64,000 nt of DNA, from positions 4,761-68,760 of the forward strand of contig LCKO01000004.1 in NCBI GenBank assembly GCA_001001485.1, written 5' to 3'. Positions within the stretch are counted from its first letter, which is position 1; each line of letters opens with the position of its first letter. Made by a program: the position numbers and the translations under genes. Source of the stretch: Candidatus Collierbacteria bacterium GW2011_GWB2_45_17 (GTDB taxonomy: Bacteria; Patescibacteriota; Microgenomatia; UBA1400; MFAQ01). A model generated the notes under the pieces. That model ran no database searches and had not been told where the DNA came from. It was given only the letters and a program-made list of their open reading frames with translations. Below, piece after piece: positions 34,877-43,400 of this stretch.

Positions 34877-35725
34877 ATGAGGTTTTCTGATTTGGAAGTG
34901 AAAGCAAATGAGATAAGAGCCGAGGTAATAAAAATGCTGGTAGAGGCGGGGACGGGCCATCCGGCCGGCGCGTTGGGGTCGGCTGATTTTTGGACATTAT
35001 TGTATTTAGGGGGATTGATAAAGATTAACCCCCAAGATCCGTGGAACGAAGATAGAGATAGAGTAGTTTTGTCGGCAGGGCATTACTGTCCGGTGCTATA
35101 CGCGGTCCTCGCCGAAGCGGGATTTTTTCCGAAAGAGGAACTTTCGAGTTTACGTAAAATTGATAGCAGATTGCAGGGGCATCCGGTGGCACGAATGTTA
35201 CCCGGGATAGAAAATAGCAGTGGCACGCTGGGCCAAGGAATAAGCGTAGCGGTGGGAATGGCACTGGCGGCTCGAATGGATAAAAAGAAACACAGGGTAA
35301 TTTGTTTCATGGGAGATGGTGAGCAAAACGAAGGACAGGTCTGGGAAGCGTACATGAGCGTGGCAAAGTATAAACTGTCAAACTTAACCATCGTGATTGA
35401 TAGAAATAATATCCAGATAGACGGACACACTGAGGACGTGATGCCACTGGAGCCATTAGAAGAAAAACTGAAAGCTTTTGGATTTGCCGTGATAGAAGTG
35501 GATGGACATAATATGGAAGAGATAGAAAAAGCAATGAATAGAGCAAAAGTAACTTTTGAAAAGCCGACGGCGATAGTTTTACACACTATCCCTGGGAAAA
35601 ATGTGGATTTTATGGAGAATGATTATGCTTGGCACGGCAGAGCACCCGGAATGGGAGAGACGGTGCAAGCCCTGATGGAGCTACATAAGTTAAGAACTTT
35701 AGATGGAAAAATAATTAATGATTAA
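34877..35725 (+). CDS. tkt: Transketolase, N-terminal (TPP-binding) subunit
   Basis: GTGHPAGALGSADFW, SAGHYCPVLYAVLAEAGF, GSLGQGISVAVGMALA, MGDGEQNEGQVWEA. Confidence 0.9.
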   Translation: MRFSDLEVKANEIRAEVIKMLVEAGTGHPAGALGSADFWTLLYLGGLIKINPQDPWNEDRDRVVLSAGHYCPVLYAVLAEAGFFPKEELSSLRKIDSRLQGHPVARMLPGIENSSGTLGQGISVAVGMALAARMDKKKHRVICFMGDGEQNEGQVWEAYMSVAKYKLSNLTIVIDRNNIQIDGHTEDVMPLEPLEEKLKAFGFAVIEVDGHNMEEIEKAMNRAKVTFEKPTAIVLHTIPGKNVDFMENDYAWHGRAPGMGETVQALMELHKLRTLDGKIIND

Positions 35726-36695
35726 TCACGAGATGAATCTTGTGGAAGATTGGAATAACTTGGAAAAGAGGCCGATGAGGGATGGATATGGAGAGGCGAT
35801 GGTGGAGATGGCCAGGAAAAATACTAAAGTGGTGGTCTTGATAGCCGATTTACTGGAAAGTTTGAAACTGGATGAGTTTAAAAAAGAGTTTCCGGAGAGA
35901 TTAATTGAAGTGGGAATACAAGAACAGAATATGATGGGGCTGGCGGCTGGCATGGCTTTGTCTGGAAAAATTCCCTTTGTAAATTCTTTTGCCTGTTTTA
36001 GTCCGGGGAGAAATTGGGAGCAGTTACGGATCTCGGTCTGTTTGACAAAAAATAATGTCAAGGTGATCGGAGGACACGCGGGATTTGGAAACGGAACCGA
36101 TGGAGCCAACCAGCAAAGTTTTGAGGACATGGCGATTACGAGGGTATTGCCGAACATGATAGTCTTGGCGCCGGCGGACTATGAACAAATAAAAAAAGCG
36201 GTTTGGAGAGTAATGGCTTTAGACGGACCGGTTTACATGAGAATGACAAAGCCGGCCAGAGAAGGAATGACGACCAGAACAACTCCTTTTGAAATCGGAA
36301 AAGCTCAAGTATTTCGAGAAGGAAAAGACATTTCAGTATTTGCTTGTGGCAGTATGGTCTACGAGGCTATGCTGGCGGCCAAAGAACTGGCAGGGACAGT
36401 AGAGGTGGAGGTAATTAATGTCCACACTATTAAACCGCTGGACACTGAAGCGGTGGTGAAGTCGGCCAGAAAAACCGGAAAAGTGGTGACGGCAGAAGAA
36501 CATTCGATAATTGGAGGTTTGGGGAGCGCGGTGGCAGAGGTACTGGGCGAAAATTATCCAGTACCGATGAGGCGGGTGGGAATGCGAGATACTTTTGGGG
36601 AAAGTGGAGAGCCGGAGGAGTTGATGAAAAAATATGGTTTAACAAAGAACGAAATAATTAAGGAAATAAAAATACTAGTAAATAAAAATGAGTAG
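35718..36695 (+). CDS. tkt: Transketolase, C-terminal (pyrimidine-binding + C-terminal domain) subunit
   Basis: Split-tkt arrangement; EQNMMGLAAGMALSGKIPF, FACFSPGRNWEQLR, GGLGSAVAEVL. Confidence 0.9.
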   Translation: MINHEMNLVEDWNNLEKRPMRDGYGEAMVEMARKNTKVVVLIADLLESLKLDEFKKEFPERLIEVGIQEQNMMGLAAGMALSGKIPFVNSFACFSPGRNWEQLRISVCLTKNNVKVIGGHAGFGNGTDGANQQSFEDMAITRVLPNMIVLAPADYEQIKKAVWRVMALDGPVYMRMTKPAREGMTTRTTPFEIGKAQVFREGKDISVFACGSMVYEAMLAAKELAGTVEVEVINVHTIKPLDTEAVVKSARKTGKVVTAEEHSIIGGLGSAVAEVLGENYPVPMRRVGMRDTFGESGEPEELMKKYGLTKNEIIKEIKILVNKNE

Positions 36696-37425
36696 TATCG
36701 AGAAAAATGGGAAGGTGATGCTGTTAGCTTATGACCAAGGACTGGAGCATGGGCCGATTGATTTTGATGATAAGAGCGTAGATCCGGCTTATATTATGGA
36801 GATTGCTAAAAACGGTTACTTTACCGGCGTGGTTTTTCAGGAGGGAGTGGCGGCCAAGTACTATCAAAAAGAAAGCGGCGTACCACTAATTGTGAAACTA
36901 AACGGAAAAACTTCTTTTCAAGGCGAAGAACCGTTGTCCCTCCAACTTTGTACAGTAGAGAAGGCGGCGGAACTGGGAGCGGTGGGAGTGGGATACACAA
37001 TATATGTGGGAAGTGAGCATGAAGAACAGATGCTGGTGGAGTTTTCCAGAATAGAAGATGAGGCTCATGCCAGAGACATGATCGTAATCGCCTGGATGTA
37101 CCCTAGAGGAAAAAAGGTCGCTGGTAGAGAGTCTGAACGAGATGTAGTCGCTTATGGGGCCAGAATGGGGATGGAATTGAATGCCGACTATGTAAAAGTG
37201 CCTTATACAGGGGATTCGGAAAGTTTTAACTGGGTGGTGCGGGCGGCAGGAAAAACGGGGGTTTTGGCCCAGGGAGGTAAAAAAGTCGACTGGGAAAACT
37301 TGGAACTAGAGGTAGAAGGAGCTATGAAGGCCGGAGCCAAAGGAATTGCGATTGGTAGAAATGTTTGGCAGGACGAAAACCCAAATGAAATTTCAAAAAA
37401 ATTATCGGAAATAATATTTAAATAA
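36688..37425 (+). CDS. Class I fructose-bisphosphate aldolase, archaeal/DhnA type
   Basis: LAYDQGLEHGP ... ADYVKVPYTG (Schiff-base Lys in VK) and GAKGIAIGRNVWQ. Confidence 0.75.
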   Translation: MSSIEKNGKVMLLAYDQGLEHGPIDFDDKSVDPAYIMEIAKNGYFTGVVFQEGVAAKYYQKESGVPLIVKLNGKTSFQGEEPLSLQLCTVEKAAELGAVGVGYTIYVGSEHEEQMLVEFSRIEDEAHARDMIVIAWMYPRGKKVAGRESERDVVAYGARMGMELNADYVKVPYTGDSESFNWVVRAAGKTGVLAQGGKKVDWENLELEVEGAMKAGAKGIAIGRNVWQDENPNEISKKLSEIIFK

Positions 37426-37428
37426 TTT

Positions 37429-38412
37429 ATGCAAAAGGTGGTAGTAATTGGGGCGGCGGTGATGGATGTGCTGTTGAAGTCCAATGGCTTAAAGGTGGTT
37501 AAGGGGCATGAGGTTCCCGGCGGAGTAGCTATGTGTGAGATGATTGGGGGAAAGTTGGAGGCTGAGGAGAGTTTGGTGACTAGCGGTGGCGGAGGGACAA
37601 ATGTGGCGGTGGGGCTTCACAGACTGGGAGAGGCAGTAAAGATGATTTCTCGCATAGGAAGTGATGATTTGGGAGAGGTGATGACTAAACAACTAGAGCG
37701 AGAAGGGGTAGACCTATCTATGTTGCAAAAAGGAGAAGGGAAGACGGGAATCTCGGTGGTGCTAGTATCTCCGGATGGAGGAAGATCGATCGTGACGTAC
37801 AGAGGGGAAAGCGGACTAATAGATTCAAGGGAGATTGATTGGGAAGAAATGAAAAAGGCGGACTGGATTCAGATTTCTTCGCTTGGCGGAGAAATGGAGT
37901 TTTTGGAGGACATGGTAACCTTTGCCTTGACTAATGGCCTAAAGATTGGGGTTAATCCAGGTAAAAAAGAACTGGAACAAAAAGGGAGGTTGCTAAAACT
38001 ATTACCTAAATTTGATCTCTTTAACATTAATCGAATGGAAGCGAGTCTTTTGTTGGGAGTAGATTATGAAGATGAGAAGGAGATGGTGAAAAAAATGGTC
38101 GATATGGGAGCAAAAATATTGTCGATTACCGATGGGAAGAGAGGGGCGAGCGTGGCGGCAAACAGAAGGTGGTTAAAAATGGAAGCTTTTTCGGTAAAAT
38201 CGGTTGATGATACCGGGGCCGGAGATGCGTTTGTGAGCGGGGTGGTATCGGGAATACTACAGTATCGGAACCCGGAAGATTTTTTGAAGATGGGGCTGGC
38301 AAATGGAGGGAATAAAGTAACTAAACTGGGGGCTAAGGAAGGTCTCTTGTATAAAGATGAAATGGAGGGGTGGATGAAGAAGAAATTAAAGATGACTGAA
38401 GAGTGGGTATAA
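37429..38412 (+). CDS. PfkB-family carbohydrate/nucleoside kinase
   Basis: N-terminal VVIGAAVMDV, GGGGTNVAVGL, C-terminal DTGAGDAFVSGVVSGIL (DTxGAGD). Confidence 0.75.
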   Translation: MQKVVVIGAAVMDVLLKSNGLKVVKGHEVPGGVAMCEMIGGKLEAEESLVTSGGGGTNVAVGLHRLGEAVKMISRIGSDDLGEVMTKQLEREGVDLSMLQKGEGKTGISVVLVSPDGGRSIVTYRGESGLIDSREIDWEEMKKADWIQISSLGGEMEFLEDMVTFALTNGLKIGVNPGKKELEQKGRLLKLLPKFDLFNINRMEASLLLGVDYEDEKEMVKKMVDMGAKILSITDGKRGASVAANRRWLKMEAFSVKSVDDTGAGDAFVSGVVSGILQYRNPEDFLKMGLANGGNKVTKLGAKEGLLYKDEMEGWMKKKLKMTEEWV

Positions 38413-38419
38413 GATAGTT

Positions 38420-38530
38420 ATATTTTCCACAAGTGTTCGAAGTGCGCAAAAAGACGTGCTCGACCTCCGTCCCTCGAGTACGAGTGCGGATCCGCTCCGC
38501 GCGACCTTTTGCTTGCCCTTCTGCACCCTT
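38420..38530. other. GC-rich structured intergenic segment with nested palindromes (gcggatccgc; gtgctcgac...ctcgagtac)
   Basis: Local GC is far above the surroundings; several inverted repeats; no ORF. Confidence 0.3.
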
Positions 38531-38570
38531 GCTGAAAAACATCATTCTTTTTATATGGTTAAATGAAGGT

Positions 38571-39557
38571 ATGGGAAAGCCGAAGATTTTTGTAACACAT
38601 GTTTATTTGGGGAAGTTTTTGGAAAGACTGAAGGAGAAGTATGAAGTAGTTGTTTGGAAAGATAAGAATATCACGAGAGAAGATTTGCTGACAGGAGTAA
38701 AAGGATCGGTAGGGATTATTTCCCTGTTGACCGAAAAAATTGACGGTGAAGTGATGGACAGCGCCGGATCTCAACTTAGGGTGATCAGTAATTATGCGGT
38801 TGGTTATGACAACGTTGAAGTAGAAGCAGCTACCAAAAGAGGAATTAGTGTGACAAATACTCCGGGAGTATTAACCGAGTCGGTGGCTGAAGAAGTCATC
38901 GCTTTTGTTTTGGTTTTGTTTAGAAGGATAGCAGAGGGTGACAGATTTGTTCGGGAGGGAAAGTACAAGGGTTGGGAGCCGGACTTACTACTGGGTACCG
39001 GAATTAAAGATAAGACGATGGGGATAGTAGGTCTCGGGAGGATTGGGCGGTGGACGGCCAGGATGGCCAGAGCCTTGGGAATGAAAGTAATCTATTTTAA
39101 CCGTCATCGAGATGAGGAGTTTGAGGAAGAGTATGGGGTGACTTATCATACATTTGACCAACTTTTAGAAAACGCCGAGGTGGTGAGCCTGTCGGTGCCT
39201 CTGACAGATGAGACCAGACATCTGATTGGCGAGAGGGAACTGAAACTGATGAAACCATCGGCGATTCTGATAAACACCTCGAGAGGCCCGATAGTCGATC
39301 AGGAAATTTTGATAAAAGCCTTAAAGGAAAAATGGATTGCCGGAGCAGGGCTGGATGTTTTTGAAGATGAGTCACAAGTCCCTGAAGATTTAAGGGCTTT
39401 GCCTAATACCGTTTTGACACCGCATACCGCTTCGGCCACGATTGAGACAAGAATTGCTATGGCTAGAATAGTGGTGGATAATGTGACTGACGCGATTGAA
39501 GGAAGACAGCCTTTGTGTCTCGTGAATCCTGATGTTTGGAAGGAGAAAATAGATTAG
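38571..39557 (+). CDS. D-isomer-specific 2-hydroxyacid dehydrogenase (glyoxylate/hydroxypyruvate reductase-like)
   Basis: NAD-binding GIVGLGRIGRWTARMARALGMKV, catalytic R/E/H region ...NTSRGPIVDQ...LTPHTASAT. Start at ATG 38571; the ORF-track start 38433 lies in the GC-rich segment. Confidence 0.8.
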   Translation: MGKPKIFVTHVYLGKFLERLKEKYEVVVWKDKNITREDLLTGVKGSVGIISLLTEKIDGEVMDSAGSQLRVISNYAVGYDNVEVEAATKRGISVTNTPGVLTESVAEEVIAFVLVLFRRIAEGDRFVREGKYKGWEPDLLLGTGIKDKTMGIVGLGRIGRWTARMARALGMKVIYFNRHRDEEFEEEYGVTYHTFDQLLENAEVVSLSVPLTDETRHLIGERELKLMKPSAILINTSRGPIVDQEILIKALKEKWIAGAGLDVFEDESQVPEDLRALPNTVLTPHTASATIETRIAMARIVVDNVTDAIEGRQPLCLVNPDVWKEKID

Positions 39558-39558
39558 C

Positions 39559-39828
39559 ATGAAAGACTTGGATACAGAGCTGGAACTGCCGATGGACGAA
39601 GACGAAAATATCGGAGACGGTTTTAAGAAAAAGAGGTTAAAAAGAAAAAAATCCAAAGAAGAAAGAATCGCGGAAAGAAGAGTGGTCTTTTGGACATTTA
39701 TGATAATTGTAGGGGCCACCATCTTTTTTTGGTTGTGGCCAAGACTACAACTGGGAAATTTTAGTCTGCCATCTTTTGATGGAACCCCAAACAAAGAATG
39801 GAAGAATTATGTGGAGTATCAATTGTAG
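39559..39828 (+). CDS. Small hypothetical membrane protein
   Basis: 89 aa, acidic N-terminus, K/R stretch, one TM helix VVFWTFMIIVGATIFFWLW. Confidence 0.4.
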   Translation: MKDLDTELELPMDEDENIGDGFKKKRLKRKKSKEERIAERRVVFWTFMIIVGATIFFWLWPRLQLGNFSLPSFDGTPNKEWKNYVEYQL

Positions 39829-39832
39829 TTGT

Positions 39833-39903
39833 CAAATTCGATAGGGCCAGGCCTTGAAGATCTGGGACCCTATAAGGCCTGGCCCTGTGGGAGGATTGGG
39901 GGA
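39833..39903. repeat. REP/MITE-like palindromic element, copy 1 of 3 (between convergent genes)
   Basis: aaattcgatagggccaggccttgaagatctgggaccctataaggcctggccctgtgggaggattgggg; stem agggccaggcctt / aaggcctggccct. Confidence 0.8.
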
Positions 39904-41936
39904 GAGGGAGCAAGACGTCGTTCAATATCGGTCGGGTCGCAGGCAGTTTTTGGTTCGGTGCCTTTGACAAAGTAATCAACCCTGGTAGGACAACCCGTGC
40001 AAGTAAGTGTACCGGTAAGAATACAAATAGGTACCTTGATAAGATTTTCCGGTGGCGTAAGATTTTTGGGTTCATGATTTTTTTCCAAGATGGTGTTGAA
40101 TACTTTGGCCCAGATAGGAGAGGCGCCGGTGATACCGGAGGCTATTTTGGACATGGGTGAGCTGTCATTGTTACCGACCCAGGTGGCTACCAGAAAATTT
40201 TCCGTAAATCCAATAGCCCAGTTATCTTTTAGATCATTGCTGGTGCCGGTCTTGACGGCAACTTTGGCCGACTTGATATTGAGAACTGAGTTGGCTCCGA
40301 AAGCCGCGCTTCTGGCACCGTTGTCACTGAGAATGTCGGAAACAAGATAGGCGGTGGTTGGAGACAAATTACGTTTGGGAGTGCAGATAACTTCTTCGGC
40401 GTTGACAACAGTGTTACTGCCGGCGAGATTTTTTTGACTAGGGCAGGTAACTAGCTTAAGAAGTTCACCGGTATTTTTTTCTACTTTTAAGATAGTGAGG
40501 AGAGGAGTAGTGATACCTTGGTTAGCAAAGGTAGAGTAAGCGGTGGCAAGATCGGTCATCTTGACCTCCAAACTGCCGAGCGCAATTGAAGGTCCGAACC
40601 TTCCCGGGTCGTCCCAGGTGGTGATTCCAAGTTTTTTGGCAAAATCGGCGAAGTTGTTGACGCCATTTTGCAGAAGGATGAGAACGGAGGGGATATTGTA
40701 TGAACTGGCTAATGCCTGACGAAGAGTGATGGTGCCGTGAAATTTGCCATCGTAGTTTTTGGGCGTCCAAACTTCATTACCCGAAAGACGGACTGTAACG
40801 GGACGATCTTCGATAATGTTGGCTGGGTTGTGACCTTTTTCAAAATAGAGAGCGTAGTTTAAGGGCTTGATAGAGCTCCCCGGCTGGCGAGTGGCTGTGG
40901 TCAGGTTAACTTGACCATTTTCCTTCAAATTAAAATAATCCTTTGAACCGACCATGGCTAAGACCTCACCGGTTTTAGGATTGGTGACCAAGGCGGAACC
41001 ATTGGATACATTTAACCTTTTTATTTTCTCAACTTCTTCGGTGACAATCTTTTGAACCTGATCTTGAAGGTTGGCATCAAGGGTGGTGTAAACTCTTAAA
41101 CCTCCCTGGGTAACGACGCCTTCTCCCAACTGATCAACTAATAGGCTTTTGACGAGCATCACAAAATGCGGTGCCTTGATCTCAATTTTGGCAGATTTAA
41201 AGTCAATTTTTTCTTCGAGAGATTTGTCTAAATCTATCTTAGTAATCAAACCATCCTTGAACATTTGATGTAAAACCCATTGTTGTCTGGTAATAGCCAG
41301 TTCCGGTTGGTCTCCGAATGGAGAATACTTGCTGGGGGCTCGGGTGAGTCCGGCCAAAAAAGCCGCTTGAGCCAGATCTAGGTCCTGGGAATCGATGTCA
41401 AAATACTGACGGGCGGCCTCTTGGATGCCATAAGCCGGGCCGCCAAAACCGACTTGATTGAGATACATCTCAAAAATTTTATCCTTAGTGAAGAGATGTT
41501 CTGCTTTGATAGCCAGAATAATTTCTTTGACTTTTCGGGTAATAGTTTTTTCCGGTGTGAGAATAGTATTTTTGATTAATTGTTGAGTGATGGTAGAGCC
41601 ACCCTCGAGTTTATCGTCGAAAAGATTTTTATAAATAGCCCTAATAAGTCCCGGTAGTGAGAAACCGTTGTGAGAATAAAAATCCTTGTCTTCGGCGGCG
41701 AGAAAAGCGTTTTTGACGTGCTGAGGAAGAGAATCTAGAGAAATTAGAGTTCTGTTTTCGTCTTTGTAGATTTTGTATAACAGAACACCGTTTCGATCAA
41801 GAATTTGGGTAGTTAATTTTGAGGGGTATTGAGAAAGTTGTTTGGGGTCCGGTAAGCCACGGAAAATTTCAAAGTAGAGAATAAAAGAAAGGACGGCTAG
41901 AGATAGTAGAAAAAAAAGATTGCGTTTGGGGAGCAT
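39870..41936 (-). CDS. PBP1A-family bifunctional transglycosylase/transpeptidase (penicillin-binding protein) 1
   Basis: GT51 EDKDFYSHNG, GGSTITQQLIKN; TPase GSSIKP (SxxK), SSYN (SxN), KTGTSND (KTG). Start at ATG 41936 (MLPKRNLFFLL TM anchor); the ORF-track start 42161 reads through repeat copy 2. Confidence 0.85.
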   Translation of the reverse strand: MLPKRNLFFLLSLAVLSFILYFEIFRGLPDPKQLSQYPSKLTTQILDRNGVLLYKIYKDENRTLISLDSLPQHVKNAFLAAEDKDFYSHNGFSLPGLIRAIYKNLFDDKLEGGSTITQQLIKNTILTPEKTITRKVKEIILAIKAEHLFTKDKIFEMYLNQVGFGGPAYGIQEAARQYFDIDSQDLDLAQAAFLAGLTRAPSKYSPFGDQPELAITRQQWVLHQMFKDGLITKIDLDKSLEEKIDFKSAKIEIKAPHFVMLVKSLLVDQLGEGVVTQGGLRVYTTLDANLQDQVQKIVTEEVEKIKRLNVSNGSALVTNPKTGEVLAMVGSKDYFNLKENGQVNLTTATRQPGSSIKPLNYALYFEKGHNPANIIEDRPVTVRLSGNEVWTPKNYDGKFHGTITLRQALASSYNIPSVLILLQNGVNNFADFAKKLGITTWDDPGRFGPSIALGSLEVKMTDLATAYSTFANQGITTPLLTILKVEKNTGELLKLVTCPSQKNLAGSNTVVNAEEVICTPKRNLSPTTAYLVSDILSDNGARSAAFGANSVLNIKSAKVAVKTGTSNDLKDNWAIGFTENFLVATWVGNNDSSPMSKIASGITGASPIWAKVFNTILEKNHEPKNLTPPENLIKVPICILTGTLTCTGCPTRVDYFVKGTEPKTACDPTDIERRLAPSPPILPQGQAL

Positions 41937-41937
41937 G

Positions 41938-42011
41938 ACAAAATTCGATAGGGCCAGGCCTTGAAGATCTGGGACCCTATAAGGCCTGGCCCTATAGGAG
42001 GATTTGGGGAG
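41938..42011. repeat. REP/MITE-like palindromic element, copy 2 of 3 (immediately upstream of the PBP gene start)
   Basis: Near-identical to copy 1, including the flanks aaattcgat... and ...ataggaggatttgggg. Confidence 0.8.
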
Positions 42012-42188
42012 TGTGAGACGGGGAGGACGAAGAGTGAGGAGTTTTTCAAACAAAAGGATGACAAAACCGACAAAAGAAACGAAAAAGACAAGTAAGCTGA
42101 AGACGGGACGACCAACTAATAAAAAGACGTTTTTGGATTGAGTTTTTTTCTTTATACCCATGATTGTAAGGCTGAGGGGTAAAAAAAA

Positions 42189-43400
42189 CTAGAGGGTAGA
42201 AATGTTTTTTATCGGCTCCCATAACTCTCCGAAGGGGACTTCATAACCGAGGGCCCAGATGGCCACCCCCCCAAGATTGGCGGATTTTACCAGTTTTATC
42301 TTTTGTTTGAGGGACTCCGAATTTTCAAAATATATCTGATGTGTTTCCTCGCCTTTTTCAAACACCAAGTAAGGACTAAGGGTGGTTTGAGACCACATAG
42401 CCGAGAGAGAGGATATTTTTGAGTCGGAAAACAACGATTGAATTCGGGAATAACTGGCCAGCGAACCCGTGCCGGGATAGGTGTTGGCCAGAAAATCCTT
42501 TCCTGCAGTTTGCCATTCATAACCATAAAAAGGGATTCCGAGGATAATCTTTTCCGGTGGCACAATTTTGGTAATTTGTGAAAGATGGGAGATGATATCT
42601 TGATCAAGACAGGGGAGGCTTTGCTGATGATTACATTTGCCCGTTAAGGGGGCGACCGGACCGGCCTGAGACGATGACTTACGAGAATAATCATAGGCCA
42701 TGACGATAAATCGGTCAACGACTGGACTGAGACCGACGAGATCCCAAAGACGATCCTTGGTCGCGGTATCGGCGAAGATATCAACATCGATTTGACAGTT
42801 CTTGTTTTGGGTCCGGCAGGCGTTTTTTAAATTTCTGATGAAGGTGATGAAATTTGATCTGGTTGTGGTTTCGGGCTTTCCGACGTATTCAAAATCGACG
42901 TTGATGTCATCAAAGTTTTTATTTTTGTATATCTCCATGATCGAGTTGATTGCTGTTCTGGAATTAGATGGATTTTCCAGTATTGACTCGATTAACTCCG
43001 GATCCATGGCAGTAACTGTCAGGATGGTTTTTTGACCGAGAAGTTTTGATTGGTAAAGAAGTTTTTCGACGGCGTTCGAATTTATTTTATTCCAGCCAGG
43101 TTCTTGTTCTTTTTTGACATTTATCTTGTTTATGGTGCCATCCGGATTGAGGTCTATGGCGAAGTAAGCAAGGTGAGTAAGAAAATTTATATTTAGTTCG
43201 TTAGCATATTTACTGTTCCAGTAAGGGAAAAACCCGTAAATGATTTTCGGAGATTTTGAAGCGGTGGAATGACCGGTAATGACGTCTATAAGGGCAATGG
43301 GGCTGATCAGGGGAAGAGTATTTTGCCAAACTACATAAATAGTAATGGTGATAAGGGAAAGTCCAAGGACAAAGAGGATGGCTCTAATTTGGCTGAGCAT
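42189..43400 (-). CDS. Glycoside hydrolase family 18-like (chitinase/peptidoglycan hydrolase-like) membrane-anchored protein
   Basis: FDDINVDFEY matches the GH18 DxxDxDxE catalytic motif; N-terminal TM anchor ILFVLGLSLITITIYVV. Start at ATG 43400. Confidence 0.65.
   Translation of the reverse strand: MLSQIRAILFVLGLSLITITIYVVWQNTLPLISPIALIDVITGHSTASKSPKIIYGFFPYWNSKYANELNINFLTHLAYFAIDLNPDGTINKINVKKEQEPGWNKINSNAVEKLLYQSKLLGQKTILTVTAMDPELIESILENPSNSRTAINSIMEIYKNKNFDDINVDFEYVGKPETTTRSNFITFIRNLKNACRTQNKNCQIDVDIFADTATKDRLWDLVGLSPVVDRFIVMAYDYSRKSSSQAGPVAPLTGKCNHQQSLPCLDQDIISHLSQITKIVPPEKIILGIPFYGYEWQTAGKDFLANTYPGTGSLASYSRIQSLFSDSKISSLSAMWSQTTLSPYLVFEKGEETHQIYFENSESLKQKIKLVKSANLGGVAIWALGYEVPFGELWEPIKNISTL

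Noticed and set aside
40090-40350. Plus-strand ORFs 40090..40350 and 43937..44131, with similar peptides (…QLSFRSL.VPV.T.T…)
   Set aside because: Both are antisense to the KTG/SxN regions of the two PBP1A genes. Their similarity to each other simply mirrors the conservation of the PBP genes on the other strand.
41937-42161. First 75 codons of ORF-track 39870..42161 (PBP), and the N-terminal extensions of 62464..62946 and 62776..63696
   Set aside because: These extensions are produced by reading through the REP-like palindromic element (peptide RARPYRVPDLQGLAL). The true starts are placed at downstream Met/TM anchors.
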